Below are positions 37,049 through 47,184 of a stretch of 64,000 nucleotides of DNA, piece after piece (position 1 is the first letter of the stretch; every line of letters starts with the position of its first letter). The notes under the pieces were generated by a model that saw nothing but the letters and a program-made list of their open reading frames with translations, was not told the DNA's origin and did no database searches. The DNA is from an uncultured virus (IMG/VR IMGVR_UViG_3300046786_000447). Its lineage: Duplodnaviria > Heunggongvirae > Uroviricota > Caudoviricetes. Location of the stretch: the IMG/VR virus record IMGVR_UViG_3300046786_000447; one strand, given 5' to 3'. The translations under genes were made by a program, and so were the position numbers.

Positions 37049-38149
37049 ATGACCAACATTGTCATTCCTATGGCTGGCTTGGGATCAAGATTCAAGAATA
37101 TTGGAATCGATACCCCCAAGCCACTCATAAAGGTTAACGGAAAAACACTAATAGAGCATTCAGTAGAAACTCTTGGACTTGGAAACAAGTTTATTTTTAT
37201 CACCAGGGACTATGAAGATGCCCATTATAACGATGCCCTAACAACAGTATTCAACAAGATGAATATTGATTACGTAGAGGTTAGAGTTAATGAACAACAG
37301 CTTGGTGCAGCACACTCGTGCCTCTATGCTTCTGACTATATTAATAATGATGAACCCCTGGTAATCACAAATTGTGACCAAAGCCTAAGCTGGGATGCTC
37401 AAGCATTTTTAAATAATCTTGATGATTCTGTAGATGGTTGTGTTGTGACGTACATCTCAGAAGATCCTAAGAATAGCTACGCCAGAGTAATTAATGGTAG
37501 CGTTGTTGAGGTGGCTGAGAAGAAGGTTATCAGCAATGATGCACTTGTTGGAGTCCACTACTGGAAGCATGGGCATGATTTTGTTTCATCTGCAAAAGAA
37601 TTGGTGAGGGACTTTAAGTCACACGGATTGCCAGAATGCTATGTATCTATGACATATAACTATATGATCAAGAATAATAAAAAGATTACAACTTGGCAGA
37701 TACCAAAGGCTAACTACCACTCACTTGGAACACCAGAAGATGTAGTTATATACGAGTCAAAGATTAAAGAGTTTTACACAGATAAGCCACAGACTATTTT
37801 CTGTGACATTGACGGAACAATTCTAAAACATGTGCATGGATTTAGCTATCTATATGACAATGATCCTATATCGCTTCCTGGTGTCGTTAAGAAGTTTAAC
37901 GAGTGGGACTCAAAAGGACACAAAATTATTCTAACTACCGCTAGAAAAGAATCTGCTCGTGAGATGACAGAAGAACATCTAAAGCGTCTAGGTCTATGCT
38001 GGGATCAGCTAATAATGGGTCTTACAAGCGGAAAGCGTGTCCTTATTAATGACAAGCTAAGAGTGGAAGATCCTGATCGTGCTGAGAGCGTAAACCTTAT
38101 GACTGATGGTGGTTTTGAGGTTATTGATTGGACAAGGTATAAGCTATGA
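37049..38149 (+). CDS. sugar nucleotidyltransferase fused to HAD phosphatase
   Basis: IPMAGLGSRF...PKPLI; C-terminal CDIDGT and TTAR. Confidence 0.85.
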   Translation: MTNIVIPMAGLGSRFKNIGIDTPKPLIKVNGKTLIEHSVETLGLGNKFIFITRDYEDAHYNDALTTVFNKMNIDYVEVRVNEQQLGAAHSCLYASDYINNDEPLVITNCDQSLSWDAQAFLNNLDDSVDGCVVTYISEDPKNSYARVINGSVVEVAEKKVISNDALVGVHYWKHGHDFVSSAKELVRDFKSHGLPECYVSMTYNYMIKNNKKITTWQIPKANYHSLGTPEDVVIYESKIKEFYTDKPQTIFCDIDGTILKHVHGFSYLYDNDPISLPGVVKKFNEWDSKGHKIILTTARKESAREMTEEHLKRLGLCWDQLIMGLTSGKRVLINDKLRVEDPDRAESVNLMTDGGFEVIDWTRYKL

Positions 38150-38478
38150 TAGTTAAGAGATTAGAAGACAGCATTGGTGGCTGGTATATTGGAAACTTTC
38201 CAGCAGCTGCTTACCAGACAAAAGGACTTGAAGTATCATTAAAGATACACAAGGCTGGAGAAGAATGGGACTGGCACTATCATGAGCATCTAGATGAGAT
38301 CAATCTTCTTGTGCGTGGTGAAATGATTATTCAGGGGCGTAAGCTAATTGCTGGAGATATTTTTATTCTAGAGCCAATGGAAATTGCTGATCCAACCTTT
38401 ATAACAGATTGTGAAGTAGTGTGTGTCAAGGTTCCTAATTTTACTAATGATAAAATAGTAGTTAAGAGGGACAGATGA
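38146..38478 (+). CDS. cupin-fold protein
   Basis: GWYIGNF, H.H...E.N. Confidence 0.7.
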   Translation: MIVKRLEDSIGGWYIGNFPAAAYQTKGLEVSLKIHKAGEEWDWHYHEHLDEINLLVRGEMIIQGRKLIAGDIFILEPMEIADPTFITDCEVVCVKVPNFTNDKIVVKRDR

Positions 38479-38909
38479 TTACAATTGCACACCGTGGAAA
38501 TCTTACTGGACCAGATCCAAAATTAGAAAATAGGCCAGACTATTTGCTTGCAGCAATGGAAGCAGGCTTTGATGTTGAGATTGATGTTTGGGTTGTTAAT
38601 GGAAGACCTTTCTTTGGGCACGATGAACCAAAGCATGACGTAACAGATGCACAGATAGTTTTATTTAAAAAGCGTGGATGGTTTCATTGCAAGAATGTTG
38701 AGGCTCTAAGCTATTTTGTCAAACATCATTCAGATGCAAACTTTTTCTTTCATCAATCAGATGAAGCAACACTTACCAGCCATGGATATATTTGGACATA
38801 TCCTCACCCATCAGTGAGCGATGATTCAGTTGTCGTTCTTCCAGAAATTTATGGTAACAATTACGGCAACCCTTATGCAGTCTGTACAGATTTTTGCATA
38901 AAAAAATAG
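38475..38909 (+). CDS. glycerophosphodiester phosphodiesterase-like protein
   Basis: IAHRGN, EN, DVEIDVW, GHD, HCKN, VCTD. Confidence 0.8.
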   Translation: MITIAHRGNLTGPDPKLENRPDYLLAAMEAGFDVEIDVWVVNGRPFFGHDEPKHDVTDAQIVLFKKRGWFHCKNVEALSYFVKHHSDANFFFHQSDEATLTSHGYIWTYPHPSVSDDSVVVLPEIYGNNYGNPYAVCTDFCIKK

Positions 38910-38945
38910 ACCACATGTTATTGTGGCCTATTCTTTATTAATTAA

Positions 38946-39236
38946 TTACTTAGTAGTTGGCTTCTTTGCAGGAGCCTTCTTTACTACTGCCTTCTTGGCT
39001 GGAGCCTTGCGAGGCCTAACAGCCTTGAGTGCAACCTCTACCTCTTCGACCTTTGGCAAACGACCAAATGCTGAATCATTAGGATTAATGTAGCGAATTA
39101 CCACAGGAGCAATAGCACCCACTAGAGACCATACAAGGTCCTGTGGCTCTGTTACGCCTGCTAGGTATAGTGTTGATGCAGCACCAAGAACTGATCGTCC
39201 GTATGATGCAAGCATTGCTTTTAGTTGTGTATTCAT
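38946..39236 (-). CDS. holin-like membrane protein with Lys/Ala-rich tail
   Basis: two hydrophobic segments, NPND.AFG, KKAPAKK tail. Confidence 0.55.
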   Translation of the reverse strand: MNTQLKAMLASYGRSVLGAASTLYLAGVTEPQDLVWSLVGAIAPVVIRYINPNDSAFGRLPKVEEVEVALKAVRPRKAPAKKAVVKKAPAKKPTTK

Positions 39237-39275
39237 AGTATCCTCCCTAGGACATTATTAGTATAGCATGTTTGG

Positions 39276-39698
39276 CTAGTTGTTTGGAATTTCATCTTCC
39301 TTCGGTAATACCGAAATTAGCTGGTCAAAGGCCACAGCCACGGCCTCCATAGACTTCCACTCACGAGTTTCACCCATAACTGTTCCATATGTTCTATGGT
39401 AGGTTATGATGGGTTCTACTGCTGTCTTAAAGTCTGTGATTGCTCCTTGAGTATTTTCAATATACTCAAAAGCAAAGTCTCTGCTTTTTGTCAGGAACTG
39501 GATAAAGTCCTCTGACTGTAAAGCAAAAATTTCTTTTTCTTTTTGATCTATCTTAGCAATTAGCAAATCTTTATCAATGATTAGCTGTGCTGCAAGTAGA
39601 GCAAGCTCTCTGTTTCTACCCTTATCTCTCAACCAATAATAAGATAAACTCATTAATGATCCAAGGTACAATATTCCAACGATGATTTCAACTATCAT
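39276..39698 (-). CDS. membrane-anchored hypothetical protein
   Basis: N-terminal TM helix. Confidence 0.6.
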   Translation of the reverse strand: MIVEIIVGILYLGSLMSLSYYWLRDKGRNRELALLAAQLIIDKDLLIAKIDQKEKEIFALQSEDFIQFLTKSRDFAFEYIENTQGAITDFKTAVEPIITYHRTYGTVMGETREWKSMEAVAVAFDQLISVLPKEDEIPNN

Positions 39699-39967
39699 AG
39701 ATCTTTTCCGCCTTCTCTTACCAATAGAACAATTGCTCCATTATCTTCTAGAGCCTTCTTAACTCTAATCATATACTCTACTGCACGTATTTTGTCTTCT
39801 CCAGTTAGCCTCATAAAATCTGGTTCACTAGCTTTTACAGTAAGAAAGTTTTCATTATCAATTAGAGTGACCTTAAACCCTTGTGGAGCAAGGTGCCTAA
39901 GAGAATAAAAAGCTCGCTTCATTCCATCTGTATACATTAAACTTCCTTTACTGAAAGATTGCCCCAC
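39695..39967 (-). CDS. hypothetical protein
   Basis: ORF track; real start probably MYTD. Confidence 0.6.
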   Translation of the reverse strand: MGQSFSKGSLMYTDGMKRAFYSLRHLAPQGFKVTLIDNENFLTVKASEPDFMRLTGEDKIRAVEYMIRVKKALEDNGAIVLLVREGGKDL

Positions 39968-40500
39968 CTACAGTGACGCATAATTCTTCTATCTTGTAGA
40001 TGAGAATCTTCGGGTATTGTTGGATGCTCCCAATCATGGATTGGAACATCGTCAGCAATCTTTAATGCCTCTTCTTCTGAATTGGCAAATACCCTAATAG
40101 TATAGTTATCCCTAATAAGAACAGACACCTCATACTCTGTATTGCCATCTCCAAATTTAGTTGCAGATCTTGGGCCATATCCATAACTAAAGTGTCTGAA
40201 CTCCACATCCTTTAGTCTTTCGAAATCTATTTCTCTTGTAGTTGCGATGAAGTCGCCTGGTGATACATGAATATTAAATTCAAATATTGAAATATCTGCA
40301 TGCCCAAAGAAAACAACACCAGTTATCATGTATGAATCAAGAACATCATTAAATACATTTACGTGAGTAAACTTACTTTTCATGGCACCAAACAGCTCTT
40401 CTTTTATTCTAGAGTCGTCTGGATCATATTCAGCAAAAGTTTCTGTAGCATACATGAATGTAAGCTCTTCATCTAGAAATGGTCCAAGATTTGTATTCAT
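39937..40500 (-). CDS. hypothetical protein
   Basis: ORF track. Confidence 0.6.
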   Translation of the reverse strand: MNTNLGPFLDEELTFMYATETFAEYDPDDSRIKEELFGAMKSKFTHVNVFNDVLDSYMITGVVFFGHADISIFEFNIHVSPGDFIATTREIDFERLKDVEFRHFSYGYGPRSATKFGDGNTEYEVSVLIRDNYTIRVFANSEEEALKIADDVPIHDWEHPTIPEDSHLQDRRIMRHCRWGNLSVKEV

Positions 40501-40501
40501 A

Positions 40502-40783
40502 TTAGCCTGTCGTCAGTCTCTTCCATTTCTGACCCCAATCCTTTTTGGTCAGATGCTTGCTAAACTCTCTAGAAATCTCTCCATTTTCTAGATAGATTCC
40601 TCCCCAGACACCCCAGGACTTTTGAGATACACCAGTAGCAAAGCAATCTCTTGCAACTGGACAGCTCATACACAAATCTTCAACAGCAGCTCTGACATTC
40701 TCGTCTGCTTCGTATTTGTCAAAGAATACCTCGGTATCCATGCCTTTGCACAGACCCTGATCTTTCCATTCAACAATAGGCAT
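40502..40783 (-). CDS. whiB: WhiB family Fe-S transcription factor
   Basis: W....LC, FF, LCxxCPV..DC, GVWGG. Confidence 0.9.
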   Translation of the reverse strand: MPIVEWKDQGLCKGMDTEVFFDKYEADENVRAAVEDLCMSCPVARDCFATGVSQKSWGVWGGIYLENGEISREFSKHLTKKDWGQKWKRLTTG

Positions 40784-40784
40784 A

Positions 40785-40994
40785 CTAACCTACTATCTTA
40801 TCTGGAATATTCCATCCTGTTTCGGTAACTGGATAAACAAACTTAGTGTACCACTTGCCCCTAACATAGGCACCATTTGGCTTTGTGTACGCCCCAGGAT
40901 TCCACTTGAGACTTACAACATCCCACCCATCCCATGATAGGTTCTTGTTGTTGCGTACGATGTTTTCCATTTCTTGCAATGACTTGATAATCAT
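40785..40994 (-). CDS. hypothetical protein
   Basis: LSWDGWDVV; ORF track. Confidence 0.6.
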   Translation of the reverse strand: MIIKSLQEMENIVRNNKNLSWDGWDVVSLKWNPGAYTKPNGAYVRGKWYTKFVYPVTETGWNIPDKIVG

Positions 40995-41038
40995 TATTGC
41001 TCCTTGTATATTTTACGGTTTGATTGTTTGGTTATTAA

Positions 41039-41389
41039 TTAGTATCTATAAATCTGAACATCAACATCCTTATCACCAATACTGGTAACAGAATCTGGAA
41101 CAGTTTCCTTTGGCACACAATAGAATGCATAATAGTCAATTATTGTGTAGTTTTGCTTAATCCAGCTTGGCGGAACCTTTACAAGCTTAGTCTTGATTCC
41201 CTTAGCCTTCATAGACCTCTCAGTTACATTGAGAAATTCCATTGCCATGCTATTAATTTTAAGTGGGCCTGCAGAATAGACTATAAACTCTTTATCATCT
41301 TCTGCCATACGAATTAAGGCAGAGCGAATTCCTGACAAAAAGATTTCATAGTCATTAAAGTTCTTTGTTCCCTGAACGACCACTATCAT
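41039..41389 (-). CDS. SLOG-like hypothetical protein
   Basis: IVVVQGTKNFNDY. Confidence 0.5.
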   Translation of the reverse strand: MIVVVQGTKNFNDYEIFLSGIRSALIRMAEDDKEFIVYSAGPLKINSMAMEFLNVTERSMKAKGIKTKLVKVPPSWIKQNYTIIDYYAFYCVPKETVPDSVTSIGDKDVDVQIYRY

Positions 41390-41804
41390 GGTTTTTCTCT
41401 TCCTCTCGTAGTATTTCTACTATTTCACTAATACGTTTTAATTGTACATCATCCATGGCCATTGTGTCAACTGCACGTGCGTTTTCATGGTCAACGTGGT
41501 GATCAAGAATGTCTGCTGTATAGAATATGTTGTCTTTAATCCAGAATGCCTCATTCTCAGATATAACAACCTTAATGTGAAGTGAGTCATACAGTTCTTG
41601 TGCCTGAGTTTTTTTCTTAGACAACTTAACAGCATTAATCATTTCATCAATAAATCTAGTTGGCTCAGTAATTCTCCATAGACGTGCTTGTGTATGGATT
41701 GGTGCTCTTAGATTTTTGTTAGTCTTGTTAGACAGCTGAGACGTAAATCTAGTAAACAGATACATGCATATAAATGCTGATACAGAACCAAGGAAAAACT
41801 CCAT
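41355..41804 (-). CDS. membrane-anchored hypothetical protein
   Basis: N-terminal hydrophobic segment; leaderless start. Confidence 0.6.
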   Translation of the reverse strand: MEFFLGSVSAFICMYLFTRFTSQLSNKTNKNLRAPIHTQARLWRITEPTRFIDEMINAVKLSKKKTQAQELYDSLHIKVVISENEAFWIKDNIFYTADILDHHVDHENARAVDTMAMDDVQLKRISEIVEILREEEKNHDSGRSGNKEL

Positions 41805-41827
41805 AGTCTTATTATACTCCTGTTTAA

Positions 41828-42244
41828 CTATTTAGTTTTCTTAGCTGCGTTAGCTCTAGCTTTTGCTAGTGCATCAAAATCTTTAATTTTAGTTTCACCA
41901 AGATAGCCCCAGGCATAGCCCTCATTGATCATCTTGTTATTTAGTGATTCAGAACTATCATCTAGATATACCCAGCCAAGGATGCGACCATACTTCTCAG
42001 ATGAATCCATCTTCTCAGTACGGATAACAACCTTCTTTGCTCCCTTAATGTTCTTCTTAAGGTATTCCTTAGCCTCAAGCCCAAGAGCCTTCTCTGCCTT
42101 GTCTGTTGTGCGTGACTCTGGGGTATCAATACCAGCCAGTCTTACACGTGACTTAAATAGGATATCAAACCCTAGATCAATTACAACGTCAATGGTATCT
42201 CCATCTACTACGTTGGTTACTTCATTTACATAATACTCGTACAT
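41828..42244 (-). CDS. thermonuclease (SNase-like)
   Basis: VVDGDTID, VRLAGIDTPE, KYGRILG. Confidence 0.9.
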   Translation of the reverse strand: MYEYYVNEVTNVVDGDTIDVVIDLGFDILFKSRVRLAGIDTPESRTTDKAEKALGLEAKEYLKKNIKGAKKVVIRTEKMDSSEKYGRILGWVYLDDSSESLNNKMINEGYAWGYLGETKIKDFDALAKARANAAKKTK

Positions 42245-42245
42245 T

Positions 42246-43442
42246 TTATTCTCCGTTCCATACCCAGACATTTCCAGTGTATCCAAGATTGCGTAGCTTA
42301 TTCTCTAGCTCGTCTTTGATATTCCATGCAAATACTATTATATCAGTTGGATCAAGTTTTAGCATCTCGTCCATACTAACAATTGGAATATTTATTCCTG
42401 GTATGTTATATCCTTGTTTTTCTTTTACATCGTCTGCTATTGCAGAAATCCGCTTAGTGCTAATGCCAGCAAAGTTAAGCATAACAGTTGACTTGGCTGA
42501 TGCACCTACACCACAGATAACTGCTCCTGATTGCCATAGACTTTCTACCTTGCCCTTAAACTTATTAGCCTTATCTAAGATTCTTTCCTGAGTTTCTTCC
42601 CATTTAATTCTATCAATTAGGCCATACTCAATTTCCTCTCTGATTGCGGTTCTAACGCCCTCTAGAGGCTCTCCACCCTGCTTAATCCAATATCTATTAG
42701 AACCACCCTGTGGAGGCGTTGACTGCACATTAAACAGCGATAGTCCAAACTTGTTAGCAAGTTTTGCTACTGAGTATGCAGACAAGTAAGAATAGTGTTC
42801 ATGAAAAATTACGTCAAAATGATCGTGATCAAGGATGTTCATTACTGTTGGATTTTCAATAGTAACTGTAGTGTCTGATCCACAAAGAGCTGAAATGCCA
42901 GCCATAAAGCTTTGGATATTTGGAGTGTGTGCAAGAACATTATTTGCAATAATCCACTTTGGCTTACCCTTTAACCTAACAATCTCATTGGCTAGTTCAA
43001 CGCTAAAGAAGTCAGTAATTACTGGAACCCCATCACAAATAGCATACATAGAGATATTTTCTGCAGGGTCAACACCAAGAACATCTATACCTTTTTGCTG
43101 CAAATACTTTAGCAGGTATCCATCGTTACTTGCAATTTCAAGAACCCAATCACCTGATTTTATTGTAGGTAACACATGCTTATCTGCAAAATCATGAATA
43201 TATTCTATGTATGACTTACTTGTTGATGTACGCCAATTATAGTTTTTGTATAGTTCAGATGGAGATAGGTCATGAGATAGCTGACCTAAGCCACAGTCTT
43301 CGCACATAAGCATTCTATTCGGATATAGATAGCTTGGCTCTGTATCTTTAGTGAATGCCCCAGCAATTGGCTGAAGGCCAAGATCAATAGCAGGAAATAG
43401 TCTTGTGCTATTACATGCTCTACAAGTTTCTCTTACAACCAT
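42246..43442 (-). CDS. NDP-sugar C-methyltransferase
   Basis: N-terminal CRAC/CEDC Zn site, EIASNDGYLL, NNVLAH, FHEHYSY, GASAK. Confidence 0.9.
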   Translation of the reverse strand: MVVRETCRACNSTRLFPAIDLGLQPIAGAFTKDTEPSYLYPNRMLMCEDCGLGQLSHDLSPSELYKNYNWRTSTSKSYIEYIHDFADKHVLPTIKSGDWVLEIASNDGYLLKYLQQKGIDVLGVDPAENISMYAICDGVPVITDFFSVELANEIVRLKGKPKWIIANNVLAHTPNIQSFMAGISALCGSDTTVTIENPTVMNILDHDHFDVIFHEHYSYLSAYSVAKLANKFGLSLFNVQSTPPQGGSNRYWIKQGGEPLEGVRTAIREEIEYGLIDRIKWEETQERILDKANKFKGKVESLWQSGAVICGVGASAKSTVMLNFAGISTKRISAIADDVKEKQGYNIPGINIPIVSMDEMLKLDPTDIIVFAWNIKDELENKLRNLGYTGNVWVWNGE

Positions 43443-44434
43443 TCTGGATGCTCCATATACCATTCAACAATTTCCTTTAGCGATTCATCAAGATCATATG
43501 GTGGTATCCATCCAGAATCGACCAGCTTGCTATTGTCAAGTCCATAACTTGAGTCGTAACCTGGTCTTGAAATAGATGAGTCTACCAGATTATATGAAAT
43601 TGGCTTACCAATTATGTCAGCAATCTTCTGTGCCCACTCAAGGTTTGAATACTCAGCATCCCCTGCGATATTAAATCTCAAAGGTTTGTCTGCGTCTGAT
43701 GGCAGTGGAAATTCCTGCGACAATGCATGTAGCAATGCAGATGCTTTGTTTCCTGCATAAAGCCAATAACGCTTTCCAATCTTGTCGCCATCATAAGTGT
43801 GTATATCTAGAGTCTCACCATTGATAATTTTCTTAATTGCCATTGGTGTAAATTTCTCAACATTCTGACATTCCCCAACAATATTCATTATGTTAACAAT
43901 ACCTACTGGAATACTATATGTTCTCCAGTATGAATAGATAATGTCTTCCTGTGCAGCTTTAGATGCACTATATGGATTGCTTGGAAGGTGTGTATCCCAT
44001 TCAGTAAAATTACGACCTTGGTATGGACCAAACACTTCATCAGTCGAAACGTGGATAAACTTCTCTGGCTTAGCTTCACGTGCCCAGTCAAGCATGTGGC
44101 AGATGGCCTGAACATTATTAATAATAAATGGTGCAGGATTTGAAATACTTCTGTCTACGTGACTTTCACTTGCTAAGTTAATAACATAATCAATCTTTCC
44201 AAACTGCTTTGCAGTAACAGGTGAGATTGGTGCTGTCAAGTCACATGTTAGCAGCTTAACCCTGCTTAGCTTTTCATCTGATCCACCAGTTGCAAAGATA
44301 ATCCTATCTTGCAATCCATGGTGATGGAATGTAGTCAAACAAACTACTTCCCAATCTGTAGTATTTAGTATACGCTTTAGTACGTGGCTTCCTACAAAAC
44401 CTGAAGCACCAGTCAGCAGAACTCTCTTAGTCAT
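43433..44434 (-). CDS. rfbB: dTDP-glucose 4,6-dehydratase-like
   Basis: TGASGFVGSH, ASESHVDRSI, STDEVFG, YSASK. Confidence 0.85.
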   Translation of the reverse strand: MTKRVLLTGASGFVGSHVLKRILNTTDWEVVCLTTFHHHGLQDRIIFATGGSDEKLSRVKLLTCDLTAPISPVTAKQFGKIDYVINLASESHVDRSISNPAPFIINNVQAICHMLDWAREAKPEKFIHVSTDEVFGPYQGRNFTEWDTHLPSNPYSASKAAQEDIIYSYWRTYSIPVGIVNIMNIVGECQNVEKFTPMAIKKIINGETLDIHTYDGDKIGKRYWLYAGNKASALLHALSQEFPLPSDADKPLRFNIAGDAEYSNLEWAQKIADIIGKPISYNLVDSSISRPGYDSSYGLDNSKLVDSGWIPPYDLDESLKEIVEWYMEHPEWL

Positions 44435-44663
44435 CTCCCTTGAGCCTATTCTCTTGCAATCTTTCTCTTTCATCGACAAATGAGTATGCAAACTTCATCA
44501 TCTTGTCGTATCCTACGGCATTATCCATAACCTTGTTATAGTGATGTCCACAAAACAATAGGTCTCCAGTAACACCAGTTACCTGAACGTAGGCCTGAGC
44601 CCCACATGAGTCACAGCGATCATTTGCTGTTAGCTTATATTCCTTGGTATCTAACTGTTCCAT
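44427..44663 (-). CDS. small Zn-binding protein (actinobacterial type)
   Basis: LTA.DRCDSCGAQAYV...LLFCGHH. Confidence 0.7.
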   Translation of the reverse strand: MEQLDTKEYKLTANDRCDSCGAQAYVQVTGVTGDLLFCGHHYNKVMDNAVGYDKMMKFAYSFVDERERLQENRLKGDD

Positions 44664-45081
44664 ATCTCATCCTTTGTGTTTCGTTTATAAAATCTTCAGA
44701 GCCAATGACGTAGTTCTTTCCATTTAGCTCAAACCAAAAATTTTCTAGGTTATTTCTATAGTAATCAATATACCAGTGTATTGCCTGATTGTCAACTTTA
44801 TCCCCTGCAACTACTGCTCTAGAATATTTAATATCATTTACAACATCTTTAACGATTAAGATATTAGTATCTTTTGGGCCTAGGTGTTCTGGCATAGAAT
44901 CATTAACTATCCATTCACACTTAAAGTCTTTACAGGGAAAATCTGGACGGTTTTCATAATCGTTACAGCCTTTTCCAATTGTTACAAAGAAGCAAGGCTT
45001 GCCAGGGTACATGGAATGACCACGGACTTCTCCTTGAAGCCAACCTTCACAACATTTAGTGCAGCCTTCACAAGACTTCAT
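44635..45081 (-). CDS. YkgJ-like Fe-S cluster protein
   Basis: CEGCTKCC...PCFF...GC..YE.RP..PC..F.C. Confidence 0.7.
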   Translation of the reverse strand: MKSCEGCTKCCEGWLQGEVRGHSMYPGKPCFFVTIGKGCNDYENRPDFPCKDFKCEWIVNDSMPEHLGPKDTNILIVKDVVNDIKYSRAVVAGDKVDNQAIHWYIDYYRNNLENFWFELNGKNYVIGSEDFINETQRMRYGTVRYQGI

Positions 45082-45260
45082 TTTCTGTTGTCTGTGTTAT
45101 AAAATCCACTACCCTTAAACTGAATAGCAGGTGTGCCAAGAACTTGACGCATTCTATATCCACACTTTTCACATAAATGTTCTGGCGATGGATCATGAAT
45201 ACTTCTTGTTTCTTTAAACGAATGATCACATGATGTGCATGCATACTCATAAACTGGCAT
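45078..45260 (-). CDS. FmdB family Zn-ribbon protein
   Basis: MP.YEY.C..C...C..CG...FKGSGFY.TD. Confidence 0.85.
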   Translation of the reverse strand: MPVYEYACTSCDHSFKETRSIHDPSPEHLCEKCGYRMRQVLGTPAIQFKGSGFYNTDNRK

Positions 45261-45460
45261 TATTTAATTTTCTTTCCCCATTTAGCCCATACACGTTCGT
45301 GTACAAAATAAAGAACTGACTCCCAAAATAGTTCAGCAAGAGCTGCAATTCCTGCAATCTCCCATTCACCAGTTAGGATCAAAATTGTTCCAGCAACCAT
45401 AGACATGTGCACAAGCTGCCAACTAATAGTTTTAATAAGACTTCTCTTTTTGGATTCCAT
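45260..45460 (-). CDS. DUF2061-like membrane protein
   Basis: ES.KRSL.KTISW...Y..HERVW. Confidence 0.75.
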   Translation of the reverse strand: MESKKRSLIKTISWQLVHMSMVAGTILILTGEWEIAGIAALAELFWESVLYFVHERVWAKWGKKIK

Positions 45461-45534
45461 ACTTCCTCCTAAAATAAATACCACAAAGGGTGGCATACTA
45501 TATTAAGTATACCACCCAATGGAATAGTTGTCAA

Positions 45535-46296
45535 TTAGCCAAGCTTAATTTTCTGACCAACAGCAATCTTATTAGCATCCTTAATTGCATTAAGCTTAAC
45601 TAACTTATCAATTGTTGTCTTGTTCTTAGCTGCAATTCCTGCAAGGGTATCTCCTGCCTTAACAGTGTGTACCTTTGCTGGAGCCTTTGCAACAGCTGGC
45701 TTAGCAACTGGCTTTGGTTCTGGCTTAGGCTTCTCTTCTGGCATAGCTGAGTGTGCTGGTAGAGGCTGTGCAGGTGCGTCAGCAGGTGTTACTTCTTCTG
45801 CGGATGCCTTTACCTTTTCAGCTGCCATTAGGGCCTCTACAAAGCGAATTGGCTCAACGAATCCCTTGCCATCGGCAGACCATCCGTGCTCCTTGCCCTT
45901 CCAGATCTCCCAGTGTAGATGAACACCAGTTGACATTCCAGTAGTTCCCATCTTACCAAGGACTGTTCCAGCTGTTACTGTTTGCCCAACCTTAACCTGT
46001 AAAGATCCTTCTACCATGTGTGCATATAGTGAGGTATATGCAACACCGTCAATCTTATGCAAAAGAACTACATAGTAGCCAAATCCACCACCTGGTGCAG
46101 TTGACTTCTGTGCCTTTAGAACTTTACCATCGGCAAATGCCTCTACATACCATGGACCTTTGCCTAGTCCAAAGATGTCAGTACCATTGTGGTGCTTTTT
46201 AGTTTTCTGAACAGGGTGGATTCTCCATCCCATTAGGCTGCTTACCTTCCAGCCTTTGTTCTTTCCTCCGTCAATCGGATATTGATAGTTGGCCAT
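45535..46296 (-). CDS. endolysin, M23 peptidase plus LysM
   Basis: H.G.D, YAH, STGVHLHWE; C-terminal HTVKAGDTL..IA. Confidence 0.9.
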   Translation of the reverse strand: MANYQYPIDGGKNKGWKVSSLMGWRIHPVQKTKKHHNGTDIFGLGKGPWYVEAFADGKVLKAQKSTAPGGGFGYYVVLLHKIDGVAYTSLYAHMVEGSLQVKVGQTVTAGTVLGKMGTTGMSTGVHLHWEIWKGKEHGWSADGKGFVEPIRFVEALMAAEKVKASAEEVTPADAPAQPLPAHSAMPEEKPKPEPKPVAKPAVAKAPAKVHTVKAGDTLAGIAAKNKTTIDKLVKLNAIKDANKIAVGQKIKLG

Positions 46297-46362
46297 TTGG
46301 CCCTCCTTCTGTACAATATATTTTAACACATTATACAGAAATGAGATCTATATCACAATTAA

Positions 46363-47148
46363 CTACTTAACACCCTTTAGTCTTCTGAAAGTTTCTTCGT
46401 CAACAATGCCTGTTGGTTTGATCTTTTCTTTTGTTTGAAAAGCTTTAACAGCCTTTTCAGTTCCTGGACCAAACTCACCATCTGCATTGATCTTAAGTAA
46501 AGCCTGAACATTCTTAACAGACTGACCCTTTGCACCCTTTTTAATTGGCTTAAAGAGTTTAGCTGGTGGAACGTCAACACCTTGTGATTTTGCGACTTCT
46601 GCAAGAGCCACCTTCTTCTCTTCAAGTGTTTTAACTTCTTGTGCTGGAGCATCTGGATAGTCAACCACTCCATAGCCTGCAATGAATACTGGAAGATTTT
46701 TCTTATTTGGACCATAGGCACGAAGCTTCTTTGCACACTCGCCACCATTTGATTGGCTACCCTTCTTACCGTCTGCAGATGTATTTCCTTCAATGCACCA
46801 CGCTGTGCCATCTCCGTTATCTTTTAACACCCATCCAACATGATCAATGTCACGTCCGCCTGGAAAATCAAAATAGACTACCCATCCTGCTTGTGGCTTG
46901 TTACCCTTTACTGGTAACCATTTATTAGTTTTCTTAAATGCTGCTACACCTGCTGGTGTATAAACTGTATTTGGAACTTTTACGCCAGCCTGATTTGCTG
47001 ACCAGTTAACAAATGAGCCACACCATGGAAGGAAGTTTGCCTTCGTGTATGCCCCATACTTTGTTTCATTATCTTTTGGACCTTCTACGGTTCCAACTTC
47101 TTTCTGAATAATTTCTAGAAGAAGTTCTCTTGTTCCTTTTGCTGCCAT
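46363..47148 (-). CDS. endolysin, CHAP domain plus peptidoglycan-binding domain
   Basis: PWCGSFV, HVG.V, IEGNT; DG.FGPGT..AVK.FQ. Confidence 0.9.
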   Translation of the reverse strand: MAAKGTRELLLEIIQKEVGTVEGPKDNETKYGAYTKANFLPWCGSFVNWSANQAGVKVPNTVYTPAGVAAFKKTNKWLPVKGNKPQAGWVVYFDFPGGRDIDHVGWVLKDNGDGTAWCIEGNTSADGKKGSQSNGGECAKKLRAYGPNKKNLPVFIAGYGVVDYPDAPAQEVKTLEEKKVALAEVAKSQGVDVPPAKLFKPIKKGAKGQSVKNVQALLKINADGEFGPGTEKAVKAFQTKEKIKPTGIVDEETFRRLKGVK

Positions 47149-47184
47149 ATATCAGCCTCCTCTGTTGTTATACTAATTATATCA